DNA of 64,000 nucleotides from Laetmonice hystrix (Eukaryota): NCBI GenBank assembly GCA_965235115.1, contig OZ249436.1, positions 22,508,001 to 22,572,000 on the forward strand, in the 5' to 3' direction. The position numbers were made by a program, and so were the translations under genes. The notes beneath the pieces are model-generated. The model worked only from the letters and a program-made list of their open reading frames with translations, ran no database searches and had not been told where the DNA came from. Positions 11,025 to 23,689 of this stretch are shown one piece after another (the stretch's first letter is position 1; the number at the start of each line of letters is the position of its first letter).

Positions 11025-14000
11025 ATGGCGGCACACTCAAAGTTCACCGATATGAGGGAGAGGCAGAAGACGAGGAGGAGGAGGAAAATCGCGATTTTGG
11101 GGGCAGCATGGATTGTGCAGACCTGGTGTGAGAAGACCAAAAGGATGTGGGTCCGGAATTGGTTCAGGAAGAGGCCAAGTTTGGGGGCATACGACACTCT
11201 AATGAGTGAACTAAGAGATGGGGACAACGCCAATTATGGTGGTGATTTCCTCAATTTCATGAGGATAACACCTGAGCTATTCGACCATCTGGTCGAACTT
11301 GTCACCCCCGTCATACGAAGAGAAAACACCAATATGAGGGAAGCCATCTCCCCTGGCATGCGACTAGCCATTACACTGCGATATTTGGCAACAGGTCAGT
11401 ATACTATATTGATCAATTTAATAATACCGGTACATGAAGTACGAAAATTATCTGTCACAATCACACATCATGTGTAAAAAAATTTAAAGCATGCTCCAGA
11501 TTTAATAATAAAGCACAAGAAAAACGTCCTTATGTATGCATAGCAATACATGTGTAGTAATACATGTGTAATTGTTATTAATATATATTTTTTCATTGCA
11601 GGAGACAGCTATAGGAGTTTGGCCTATCTGTTCAGGGTGGCCAATAATACCATATGCAAGATAATACCAAACACCTGTGAAGCCTTATATCGAGTTCTAC
11701 AAAATGACTTCATGAAAGTAAGTATCATATTCTTTATTATTCAACACAGTGTATCACAGAACAAATGAAAACAAATTAGTACCAAGCATATTTTTCAGTA
11801 CAATCAGTAATCAGTGGAAAGTCCAAGTTAGGTCACTCGACTACAATAGCAAACATGAAAATGGACGTTTTATGAAAATTGCATGATACATTTTGAAAAT
11901 CAAGAATTCAAAAACTGTAAGAAAATTTTAAAATGTTCTACAAATTTTCGATAGAAAAAACTTTGCTCTCACGCAAATGAAATAAATGTTGCAAACATAC
12001 TCCTGTATGTATTGTGCGATAGTGTCAATATTTGGTATATATGATTGTAACTGAACGAATGTTAGCAAAGAAATACCTGCTCAAAAAATACCTGCTTGTG
12101 GACAGCTGCACAACATACGAGACGCAACAGTGAAAATCTGGCAGCATCAAAGCATACCACCACACGTCTAATGATCATTGGGAAACAGTTCCATCTCTTT
12201 TACTATCAGTACTGCAAGCAGTTCTTTAATTACTTGAACATGAAAGATTATGTTAGCCACATATGGCACATCTTGACTTTGCAAACATGAATTGTGAAAG
12301 ATAAGGCATTGGAAGCCCAAAACTGGGGAACCAGAACTATGCATACATGTCTAAACTACTCCCGAAGCGCAAGACTGACGGAATTGAGTATATCGCTGAC
12401 TGCTGTGTTTGTGTCACAGAGACGTTCACATGAAGAGGAACTGTTTATAAGTGGCGCGTCCAGTTTCCCATCAACTGATGCTGATGATCCTTGGGAATGT
12501 GGAAGAGATGTACAGTTGTTACCAGATAGATGACTTGGTGGAATTGCCTGTGGTTGACGAAACTCTCTTGTTGGGTTAACTGGAGGTAGCATACTGGAAA
12601 GGTGTTGCTGGTGATCATGGGGTAGCTGGCATGTTGTGCCTTGAATATGGGTGTAAGCCCCGCTTCCAGGCACTATGTTTTGCTGTGTATACACAGGTGG
12701 AACAATATGCGGTTGGTTTGGTACGGTATACACTCCTTGTTGGCCGTGATTGGTATTCCCAGAGTGTCCTTGGTTACCCCACCAGTACATCAGACCACTG
12801 AAGAGGGCTTGCTCCATGTTATTTTGAACTATCAGACGTTGCTTTGGGTCACCAATCATTCGGAGTTGCCGCCCAGCATGCTCTAAAAATGCATCTACAT
12901 CATCTCGTTGTGGAATGGGTTGCTTGGTTTCCTCCTTGTCCTCGGAAAGTGAGGCAGTGATGACCTTCATGAAGTCGATTTGTTCATCTCTGAAACATCT
13001 TTTCTTTTTCGAAATTTCCTGCAATGCTTTGAGTGGTCGTTTAGGCAAAGGTTGTTTTGTAGACCTGGGCGTTTCGGAAATGTCATTTTCTGTGTCGCTT
13101 TCCTGTAAGACCGAATCCTCCATTGAGGGGTTCATCATTGGCTTCTGACGAGGTCCGGTCGTGTCAGGTGTACTTCTTGGAGTTCTTGGTTCCCCAGTAG
13201 CATCTGTCCCAGCATCATCAATGTTGGTGTCATCCTTTTCATCTGGACTGTCCTCAAATTCAATAGATTGCGCCTGAAAAAAAAACATGTTAAAGGTATG
13301 ATAACAGATAACAATGTTGCAATGATAGTTTCAACAATATTTATGTAATGTATTTTCAGTGTCCAAATACTGAAGAGGAATGGCTGGGAGTAGCCGAAGG
13401 TTTTGAATCTAGATGGAATTTCCCTAATTGCTTGGGAGCACTAGACGGAAAGCATGTGATTGTGCAACAGCCAGCGTGCAGTGGTTCGAAATACTTCAAT
13501 TATAAGCACTCCTTCTCATTGGTTTTGATGGCCTTAGTGGACTCACAGTACAAGTTTTTGTTCCTAGACATAGGAGCACAAGGTCGGCTATCAGACGGTG
13601 GTGTTTTTGGAGAAACAACGCTGAAGCGAGCGATCGAGGAGAACGCACTGGGTATTCCAGCACCGAAGCCATACAGGGGAACAAATCAGCCAAAGCCTTT
13701 CTGCATCGTTGCCGATGCGGCCTTTCCTCTCAGGGATTACCTACTGAAACCATATCCCCAAAGAAATTTAATGAAGGAACAGCGCATATACAACTATCGT
13801 CTATCCCGGGCCCGGCGCTGCGTGGAAAACGCCTTCGGGATCCTTTCAAACCGTTTCAGAGTGTTTCTACGACCCATGGCTCTGAATCCTCAGAATGTGG
13901 AGGCTGTTGTACTTGCATCATGTGTGCTCCATAATCTACTGCGTACACTCATGCCCAGTACCTACAAATGTGGCACAAACTCAGATGGAGAAGAAGTATC

Positions 14001-14151
14001 CATAACTGTGCCACTAAACTCTGAGCTTCAGCCAGCCCGAGTTGCAGGTAGAAGGACTGTAACTAGCGAAGGCAAGAAACTGAGGGATGAACTATGCACC
14101 TACTTCAATAGTGTCATTGGCTCTGTTGATTGGCAAGAATCCATGATCTAA
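11025..14151 (+). CDS. Harbinger (HARBI1-like, DDE_Tnp_4) transposase; exons 11025-11394, 11602-11717, 13360-14151; 425 aa
   Basis: GT-AG introns join in frame (YLATG/DSYRSL; FMK/CPNT). Motifs FLNFMRI, RLAITLRYLATG, GALDGKH, YFNYK, SDGGVF, VADAAFPL, YNYRLSRARRCVENAFGILSNRF, CVLHN. Confidence 0.9.
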
Positions 14152-15518
14152 ACTGGCTGATCATGTCTGAGAACTACTGTATGTAGATAATCGTATAGGC
14201 CTAGATGAAAGTCTAAAGGTTGTGGTAATAAATGCTACAGTTTGAGTTTCCACAGAATGCTGCGTCTTGTGTCAATGTATTTAAAGTTTTACTCACACCA
14301 AAATTTGAACGTGAATCTCTTTTCTTCAAGTGCTTATCCAAAAATGCCATCATCCTCATCCTTCTGTCTTTCTTTTTGGTATCTCCGGAGCTACTACCAC
14401 TTGCTTCTCCTTTTTTCATTTTTCCGTATACCGTTCTCAGTGATTTCATGCGACGTTCCACTTCACTGACTGCAAATACATTCCATATGACAATTATCAT
14501 ATTGTTAAAAAAAAGTCATAGCATGTGGTGCGAAGCCATGAGCGGGGGGTCTGGGGGCCCTCCCCCAGAAAAATCTGAACATTACAGTGCCAAATACGCG
14601 TTTTTCTGGCATCTGGGAACAAAATCCAAGGTTTCACAGGGGGGCAGCTGCCCCCCCTGCCCCCCTCCCCCCGCTAGCTACGGCCCTGGCATGTGCTATA
14701 ATATGCACGTGCCCGACCTGCCCAACCACTTGCGCCGTCCCTGCACCCCTTGACCAGCGTTAATTGGTAGTTGTCTGTGACGAATTTGACAATAAGATCA
14801 GGTCTGGAGCCCCCAAAGAGGCCCACCCGAGCTGGACCTCCTGTCTGGTCTCGTTGGTCTAACTTTATATTATAATCTCTAGAGTACGTAGATGTACCTA
14901 CATAAATATTAAATAAGTCAAAGGCGGATCCAGGGGCTCTGGAGGGGGTACGCCATCATACACTTGTGGAGTCACACAAACTAAGTCAAGCCACTGGTTT
15001 GTTACAAGAATTGTTTGAAGATAGATCTATGACTATGGACAATTCGGCCTCTGTATCACTGGCTGCACGTGGCGTGGTTCAAAGGTCACGGACTGACGGA
15101 GCAGAGACGGGATGACACAGCAGCACTGCCCTCGCTAATGCTGCTGCATGCAGCCGGTCTCTGATAGTTCGCTCCCTACATTGAAGAACGCCTTGAGCAG
15201 GGATGATAGGATGCCTGATATACTTATCACTTATTATCTGTTGTCACTATTTTTACGACTCCTTTTTTTACAACAAACAAACATAACATTCCGACCCCGG
15301 TACCCGGTGCCGGTGCGGTGGTGTAGCATAAACAGACATAGTCATAGGCTATACAAACCTGTACAACGAACCTCCTTCGCGATCTCGGAGAGGGCCCTGT
15401 CTCTCATGATCTTGTTGAAATAATCTGAACGTGAATTGTCATAGGCCTACAGGACAGGGCGCTCTTTCCAGAGCAAGCACAAATAGTCTTCTCGGTCTGC
15501 AGGCCATGCTTCTGCCAT
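12356..15518 (-). pseudogene. Harbinger accessory MADF/Myb-SANT-like protein with BESS-like motif; exons 15518-15359, 14469-14297, 13273-12356; in-frame stop at 15447-15449
   Basis: Splices in frame: MAEAW..LWKERPVL*AYDNSRSDYFNKIMRDRALSEIAKEVRCT/VSEVERRMKSLRTVYGK..SGS..MAFL (MADF-like), and later DDVDAFLEHAGRQLRMIGDPKQRLIVQNNMEQAL (BESS-like). The stop comes from a 6 bp TAGGCC insert. Confidence 0.8.
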
Positions 15519-15928
15519 GATGTCGCCTTGGTGGTGTGTGATCTTCATGACGTACACGTGACTCAAACTGGCACGTGGATTGGCTGCTGTCATAGCGACA
15601 TTCGCGCGGTCACTATAACACGTCGTGGACCTGCTCACACGGAGCGATCAGCCGATTATCGCATACGAAAACGTCGTGCGGAGTCTGACATGTCAGACAT
15701 TTTTTTGTCGGCGACAAATTGGAAATGTCGCCGACGTTTAGTGCTCACACGATACGATTGTCGGTTCCAACTGATGTGTCCCTGCGACGTCGCTAACCCT
15801 TGCGACAGCCGATAATCGCACCGTGAGAGCACGGCTTTATATGATTGCAAAGTGATGGGGTTGTTCTTAGGAGTCCCATGGAAAGTTTATAGAGGACACA
15901 TTCAGTCTTTCTGCATGGAATGACCATT

Positions 15929-16797
15929 CACTCTAAAAACTAAAGAGTTGTAAATCTACTCTTTCAAAGAGTAGACTCGTATTTAACTCTTAAAGAGCTG
16001 CTAAAGAGTTGCTGCAACTCTTCAAGTGTCAATGGGTTAAACCTTTACAGAATATCAAGAGTTGTGTTTAACTCTTTCAACGAGTTCACTGTATTTTACC
16101 CCTTAGGTGTAGAAAAAGAGTTATTTGAACCCTTAAAAGGGTCAGTTTGATTGATCACGTGATGACTGTCACCTGCCCCTTTCCTTGACTATATACCCCG
16201 CGTGTCATATACCTGTGACAGCCGGTTAATGCGACCGTCAGCATAAATTGACAATAATATGAATACAGTCTTTGCGTCGATGACTAGAGCGGAATGTCAA
16301 ACAGGGACCTAATTATGATGACTTGTTATGTGATTTGTTAACATTGCTCATAGAAACACCATCTTGGGGGGCAAGAGAACATAATATTAACTCCTTGGTA
16401 AAGGCATTCGACGTTTTCAAATGCGAAGTAGCCTCTTCGGTTGCAGACGTTTGAACTTTATACGAATGGACCTGTCTGAAGCCATCAGGCCATACGGTTC
16501 GCACCAAGACTGGATCTCAACTAATTAAGTAGCAATTTGGTTTAATTGGATTTTTTCGGGTGAAAGTTGAACCCCCAAAAAGAGCAGGAAATACCCCTTA
16601 AGTGTCACCCGAATCCCTTCATTGAGTTCGCTGTAAGCTCTGGAAAGAGTCGCGACATAACCCCTTTACAGGGTTGAGATTTCTGCTCTTTCGAAAGAGT
16701 TAATTTGACACTCAAAGAGCAGTCACCGTACAGGCTGTTGCAAAGAGTTACACGCAACTCTTTACGAGCTCCCTGCAACTCTTTAGTTTTTAGAGTG
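15929..16797. mobile_element. CMC/EnSpm-like MITE (869 bp)
   Basis: TIR CACTCTAAAAACTAAAGAGTTG / CAACTCTTTAGTTTTTAGAGTG, 2 bp TSD TT, many subterminal AAGAGT/ACTCTT motifs. Confidence 0.8.
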
Positions 16798-17671
16798 TTG
16801 TCAGAAGTTGAGGGGACGAACTCGTAACGTTCTTTGCTCAGTCTGACGGCTGTTTATGGCGGGGAAAGGATCGAATGCTATAGTTAATTTGGTTAACTTT
16901 AAAAGGCACTAAGGTGAAACAGGATAATTTGAGGAAAGTAGTGAAAAATGCTTCTAACTGCTATATGCCCGTCTGGATATTGGCCTATATATTACAGATA
17001 AGATATATTCATCTTACACCATAAATTATAGGTACAATTTTCAATTTCCCCCGCAAATTTCGCAAGGAAATGTACACAAGGTGAAGTAGGCCTATAGTAT
17101 TAGCATTCAAGAGGTAATGGCTCAAAGCATCTTACAAATGTTTTTTTAAGAAAGCTGCTGGGTTTAGATATTTTGCCAGTCTACCTTCACTTTAAATGAG
17201 ACACGGTATTTTTTAATCTTTCTGGCTCTCTTAATGCATGTATATCGCTACATACAAACATACGTATACTGACAGATCTTTTGGTATATGAAAACCATGG
17301 CCATCTAACACAACTAAAATAGAGAAATGGGCATAGGCCTATATGGAAGTGGAGAAGGTTATTCAAAAAGCTGTTTATGGCAAATCGGTAGTTACTGACA
17401 ATCTGCCATATGAAATTTTTAAGGTCAATCGTGCGAGTTTGGTCTTAGATGCGCTATATAATAAGATAGGCCTATATACATGAAACTAATGCGTGTGATC
17501 CACTTACGATCCGATGGTTCCGATCTCTTCCGATTCAGACTTTAAGCGCAAGAGCGCCTAAGCAGTCGGAAACAGGCGCAAGGCCGCGTAACGTAACGTA
17601 ACGCCTCGCAACGCGCGCAACACCGCGCAAGGAGAATCGGAAAGTGTGATACGCTTCCTTACGCGGGTTCT

Positions 17672-18247
17672 CATTCGGGATTCCCTCGGGCATTTGAAGT
17701 CACTTCCTGCTATTCGAAAATACCCTCGGGTGAATTGAGCGCCATTATGGCAACCAGATACATGGCGAAATGGACCTGTATAGCGAGGCACTGAGTATAG
17801 GCCTACATGAGTGAACCGTCATATCCCCTTGAAAATGGAAGTAGTGCATTATTGAAACCGTCTCCTTCAGGGTTGTAGGTGCAAATATGAATTTATGATA
17901 TGAAGGGAAACGTTTGAAGAAGAAAAATGAATCCCCTAATTTACCTAAATCGGCGTGATAAGGTAATTGATCAAATTATGGTAAGCAATATGGCTTATAC
18001 GACACAATACGACACATGGTAGGGCTACTTGTATCATGAACATGATACTATCGTAATATTTGCCCACTGACTTTGGGAAGAGCACTAGAGTCCTATTTTA
18101 GTTGCTTCCATGCCTGATGCAGACAAAATACTGCAAGCACTGCTATGGTGGCCAGAGTCCCGGCTCAATGTACCCGCGATGCAATGCTCAAAAAGGCGCT
18201 CAATTCACTTGGGCTACTTTCAAATAATGGCCAAGGTTTCCCGATTG
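17672..18247 (+). mobile_element. Mutator/MULE-like MITE, copy 1
   Basis: TIR CATTCGGGATTCCCTCGG with a degenerate right end, perfect 9 bp TSD GCGGGTTCT. Homologous to 49766-50361 and 50977-51557. Confidence 0.8.
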
Positions 18248-18473
18248 GCGGGTTCTGTGCAATTATTTTCCTTCCGACGTCCATGCGATTTTGACATCAC
18301 CCTTTTATTTTACTGTGATTTTGAGATTAAAGGATGGAACCAATTTCCTTAAAAAGGGAAGGCCAACCAGGAAAGATTTTAGAATGAAATTCCACCATTA
18401 AATAAAAAACTGCTTCCTTACGCGGGTTCTGTGCAATGCGCGCGTTTCCGATAATATCTATCATGTTTGATTT

Positions 18474-18884
18474 AGGCGGGATTCACAAAACCGGGCAGAG
18501 CGGGGCGCAGCGAAGCGACGGTCCGCGCACAACAACGCTTCGCTTCGTGAGCTTATTCACAGCCAATGCGTTGCACGCGAAAAAATGCTAATCAGTTCCA
18601 ATAATACTCCGCCATGCTGTCTGTGGGCTGCCCTGTGTATGCAAAGGTAGGTCGAGTCACACCGCTGGCCCTGATCTGATTGGCTGACGCCGACGGCGAG
18701 AGAGCGCGCTTTCATTTTTTCGCTCGGCCAGCCAAACCGAATTTTCGCTGCGCCAGGGCCGCGCGGCATCGCTTCGTCCCGCTACCGTCTGTGAACAGTC
18801 AATAGGATATGACTTAAAGCCAAAACTGGCGAGAATTTCGCTTCGCTGCGCCCCGCACCGCGACCCGTTTTGTGAATGCCGCCT
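18474..18884. mobile_element. Harbinger-type MITE
   Basis: TIR AGGCGGGATTCACAAAAC / GTTTTGTGAATGCCGCCT. Confidence 0.7.
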
Positions 18885-19628
18885 TTTAACGCGGACTGCG
18901 CGACGCGCGGAAGCAGTAGGAAGCCGTCATAAGGCGCGTAAGGTCCAACCCGTCGTACTTGCAAGTGCGTGCTGTCTACTTGCAAAAACATGGCCAAAAT
19001 CTGGGGATCCGTACGTGGTGAGTACCGCCTCAGTACGGATTTGGGAGCACGCAGACACGACGTAGCACTTTTAGTGCATGAGGAACTTTTGCTGCGTTCG
19101 TGCTGCGGTCGGGCTACGGATTCACCCCAGTACGGGTCATGCACGTGCTCTCTACAGCCAATGAGCGCACAACGCACGGACTCCGTGAGTTTTCCCACGG
19201 TCACTTGCTCTACGGACGGCGCACTTAGCACGCGCGTGCTGCGCACGTGATAAGTGCGTGGTCCGTGCTTACTCGGCACTTCCCTAGTTCAACTGTCCAC
19301 TAAGCACACAGAACTCACGTGGACCATACCGAGTAAGCACGTGCCCCGCACTCAAAACGCACGCTGTGCGCACTGATTCCTGCATTATATATAAAATCCG
19401 AGCCGACGGAAGGTCGTTCTATATATACCCCCCCCCCCCCGACATCGGGCAGAAAAACTCAGGTTCATCGCACTTGCATGCACTTACAACATGCGAGTGA
19501 GTAAGGACACCGTACGTGAGCAGCACGTGTAAGTACGGCCTCCGTACGATGACGTGGCAATCGCACAGACATCGTACGTTGTAAGCACGTTGTAAGCACG
19601 TACAACTCACTTACCACGTGTGCAAGGT

Positions 19629-20378
19629 GGCCTTGTCCACTGCATTTGCTTGCGGGCGGCGCTCTTGCGATGCGATTATTTTGCCGCAGACAGTTATCAG
19701 TGCGTCTGTTAGACGCACGCACACACTTGTGAAGCCCTTGTCCATTGCTACCTTGCGTGCGTGCGATCATGGGTGGCAGCACAGATTTTCATTTTTAAAT
19801 TTGGCGCCTACGTTTGATCACGTGAACGTCACATGCTCATAAGTCCATCCGCCATCATGGAGAAACGCGACAAACTCGTGGTGGTAACCGCTGCAGCTGC
19901 TCTTGCTGCCAGCATAGTCACACGACGACGTTAAGTGCTGAACCCACCAAGGCGATTCCCCTTGCGACGCCCATGCGATTTTGACATCACCCTTTTATTT
20001 TACTGTAATTTTGAGATTAAAGGATGGAACCCATTTCCTGAAACAGAGAAGGCCAGCCAGGAAAAATTTCAGAGTGAAATTCCACCATTAAATCAAAAAT
20101 CGCATAGCCGTCGCAAGGGGAATCGCCTTGGTGGGTTCAGCACTTTAATCGAAAATCGAAATTTTTTGCTTGCGGCCGTCGCATATGAATGCGGTAATAT
20201 CAAAACTTTCTGATATTGCCGCAAGCCACCGCACATCTCTGCGTCTACGCAACGCACCACCGCTGCGACGATGCGAATGCCTTGTCCACTGACTGCGTTG
20301 CGTCTGGGAGACGCATAGGCTCTGCGACTGCCGCATCGCAAGGAAAATCGCATGGCCGCAAGCTCAGTGGACAAGGCC
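19629..20378. mobile_element. Harbinger-type MITE
   Basis: TIR GGCCTTGTCCACTG / CAGTGGACAAGGCC, with internal CCTTGTCCA motifs. Confidence 0.6.
19935..20144. mobile_element. TTAA-flanked (Kolobok-like) MITE
   Basis: ~35 bp perfect TIR GTGCTGAACCCACCAAGGCGATTCCCCTTGCGACG with TTAA at both sides. A related internal fragment lies at ~18270-18410. Confidence 0.7.
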
Positions 20379-22116
20379 CTTAAGATGCACGCAACCGCTC
20401 ACGGCCAGGCGTGGCGTGCGGGTCACGTACTTACACCTTGGGCAACCGTGCGAGTGACGTGCGTCGCCGTACTCCCTCCCTGCTCTTGCCACTGCCTCCC
20501 CACGATTTCACAAAAACGTGGCGGTCGTGGCCTCCCCAAGAAACGGACGGACTAAAACACGCACGGTGGGTTGTGACCGGGGCTTTAAGAGATCGGAAAG
20601 CGTGATCCACTTGCGTCGTGTTGATTACTGATCTTGATGATTTCTTGATCGGAAGGCGCGCAAGAGCGCGTAATAATCGAATGGTCGGAGCGTAAGTGGA
20701 TCACACGCACTATATTACACCGAGTGTACGGACATTAGCAATAATTGAAACAATACCTATAACTCTGCCTGACCCACGAATATACCACTGCAATACAGAG
20801 ACATAAACCTGCTTTCAACAGTCTCAGGCCTATATCAACTTTTTACCTCTGTTTTAAACAATAGGCTGGTAAATGTAGTAGAAAAACATAAACTCGAACA
20901 GGATGGTTTTAGACAGAAGCGATCCTGAAGTGAGGATTATCTCTTCACTGTGACTTCAATTATTATAAACAGAAAGTTTCATAAACTCCTCACATTTGTA
21001 GCTAATATGTAGACTTTGAAAAGTCATTCGATAGAAAACATTTATTATATAATAGTTACAATCCTTAGAAGTCCGAGGGGAAATGCTTGTTACGTTAGGG
21101 GGCCTAAGCCCGGTTTGAGCAGGGTCTATAAGACCACTGCCCCCTGGATCCTGGCTGTAAGTACCGCAATCCATCATTATCTTGAGACAAAATGAGCCAA
21201 GATAAAGATGTCAGCTCATCTCACCCAACTTCGATATTTGAAATCAAACTGTTGCCGGTAATTACCAGCCCGTAATCGCAAACAAATGATTTGCTTGGAT
21301 ATCTTTGGTATAAAAGTCTAAGAAGACTGCTTACCTGTGTTTCAGTCCTCACCAGACTTCCAGATGAAAAGAAAGGGTAGAAACTAGAATATCGGAGACT
21401 TGGCCGCTGTCGAGCGCTTCGGTCTGGCTTGATGTCTAGATCTATACTGCGCACATCACCGACTGTCGCCTCTTTTAAATTCAGTTCACTGTTGCGTGAA
21501 GTCATGAATCCTTCTGTTACGGGGACCGCTGGGGAAACGGGGAAACTTGTTATTAATCTACACCGGCACGTGCTCACTGCAGCGTGTCAAGGAAAAGATT
21601 GAGTAGGATGACCATGCTATTCTGGAGACCACAATCCTGAAATATATTGACTTGCGTCGTACTGACCCCGTTTCTTCTTAACCAGATATTCACTAAATTA
21701 CGCCTTTTGCTTCAATAAATTAGCCAGAATTGCGCATGTTCGTTTTATTTTTGCTGTAACATTAATGCCCAGATTGATAACAAAATGGTGAAAAGGTGGT
21801 AGCATCTTATTCGTCATAGTTTCTAACGGTGTCTTGCAGAACTCCGGATGGACGCAAGGACTACTGCAGGACCAGTGCGTATAGCTACAGGATCATTGCT
21901 ATAGGACCCCCCCCCCGGTATCTAGCGCGAACCCCTTTGAAGACAGCTGCGCCCATGGACCTAGTGGAAGTAACATCACTCCCCTTTTTAGACCACCCTA
22001 CGGGCCGCAAATGTCTTTTTTCGTAAACATTTTAGGCAAATCACACGGTAATTATGTAAAACCCTGGCCAGTTCAATATTCCATGAAGAGGCGGTGAGAT
22101 GAACGAATAAAGTTGT

Positions 22117-22438
22117 AACTGCGGAGTACGATTCCACAGAAAGATTAAAAGAATGATGCAATTGTAAGTATGTGGCCATGTCGCTAACTGCGGAGTACGA
22201 TTCCACAGAGAGATTAAAAGAATGATGTAATTGTAATTATGTGGCCATGTCGCTAACTGCGGAGTACGATTCCACAGAGAGATTAAAAGAATGATGCAAT
22301 TGTAAGTATGTGGCCATGTCGCTAACTGCGGAGTACGATTCCACAGAATGATTAAAAGAATGATGCAATTGTAAGTATGTGGCCATGTCGCTAACTGCGG
22401 AGTACGATTCCACAGACTATGGAAAGAATGATGCAACT
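22117..22438. repeat. Minisatellite, 69 bp unit, ~5 copies
   Basis: AACTGCGGAGTACGATTCCACAGA at 22117, 22186, 22255, 22324, 22393. Confidence 0.95.
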
Positions 22439-22542
22439 GGAGTCATGTTGGGATGTCCCGATACATCGCCCACGCACGACGTCACCAGTGGCATGTGGTT
22501 AGACAACTCGCCCCCACCCAGTCAGTTCTCCTCTTGGGATGT

Positions 22543-22705
22543 CAGGGGCGTAGCCAGGATTTTCTGAGGGGGGGGGGCGAGATCAGTGACACATTTTTAA
22601 ACACATATTGGTGTTTGTATAATGAAAGTTCAATCTTTACTGGGGTAAGCTTGATTGATGGGGAGGGGGGGCAAGGTCCCCTCCGGCCCCCTGGCTACAC
22701 CCCTG
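22543..22705. mobile_element. Short G/C-run hAT-like MITE
   Basis: TIR CAGGGGCGTAGCCAGG / CCTGGCTACACCCCTG. Flanks GATGT/CATGT could be a 5 bp TSD with one mismatch. Confidence 0.6.
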
Positions 22706-23689
22706 CATGTGGCTGTTCCCTCCAAATACTGTGTAGTCTATAGGCCAAATGTGCAGATATCAACAGCAGTATACTTATATTCCTTAAACCTTCTCTGGAC
22801 TACCGTGTTATTACGGATACATAATAAAACATTATAAATGAAATTAGTTATGATAAATGTGTACGGCATGTAGTGGTCACTAGTCATAGTGTTTAGTTCC
22901 TCTGTCCTGTAGTATGGTGACCACATGGAAATGACAGATGTTGATCAGCCACATTGTTTATCTTTTGTATGTTCTTACTATTGTCAGATGGTTATTATAA
23001 CCAAGGTTCACAAAGTTTGATCATTATAGGTCACACTAGAGACCCCCAGTGGTGCTGGGAGGAGTTAGGAGTTAGTTAGTTGGTTAATGACCCACGAGGG
23101 GAAGGGAGTTGAGTTACTTCCGGTTGGAGCTTGTAGCGATTTGCCTGGTAGGTTGAGCATATTGGAAGAATCTGTACTCATCTAAAGTTTGACTTAGTAA
23201 ATTCATTTATACGGATTAGTTATTCAGATGGTATGTGGTGTAAATTCTTAGTTGAGCTAATTCATGGAAGATTTATTTGGCAGTTTAGTGTTTATTTTGT
23301 TCTTTCTTTCTTTATAGTCGTTGGCAAATATGTCAGGCCTATATGAACTAAAGGCAGGAAGTGTAGCCGGCGTTACCCCCAAATGGCACATGTTTATAGT
23401 AAGTTTGACATACAGTGTATTTAGACATATAGCAAGTTATATGCAAGAATTTATTGGCAGTACTTAGTACTTTAATATCCATTACTCATATCAGACTATA
23501 TTAGAATTGGCGATGTACTTATATCCTTTGATATCCTTCGTTTAATGTAACGTTATATGTTATTGGATTTGTAATGTCCATGTTGATATAAACGTATGAA
23601 TGTACACTTGTGATTGTAATACCAGTGACTGTAATGTCGTATGTCTGTCTTGTATGTCTTGTCTTGTTGTCCCTTTGTTCATTTAATTA

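Larger units (their letters stand above)
10816..15837 (+). mobile_element. PIF/Harbinger DNA transposon, full length (~5.0 kb)
   Basis: TIR AAGCCGTGCTCTCACGGTGCGATT / AATCGCACCGTGAGAGCACGGCTT, flanked by TATA on both sides (exact TSD register ambiguous by 1 bp). Encodes a transposase and a MADF-like gene. Confidence 0.92.
17489..20710. mobile_element. Harbinger-type non-autonomous element hosting several nested MITEs
   Basis: TIR TGCGTGTGATCCACTTACG / CGTAAGTGGATCACACGCA with TA flanks. Confidence 0.7.

Noticed and set aside
22041..22436. 131 aa ORF with 23 aa repeats
   Set aside because: It is the translation of the 69 bp minisatellite, with no domain signal.
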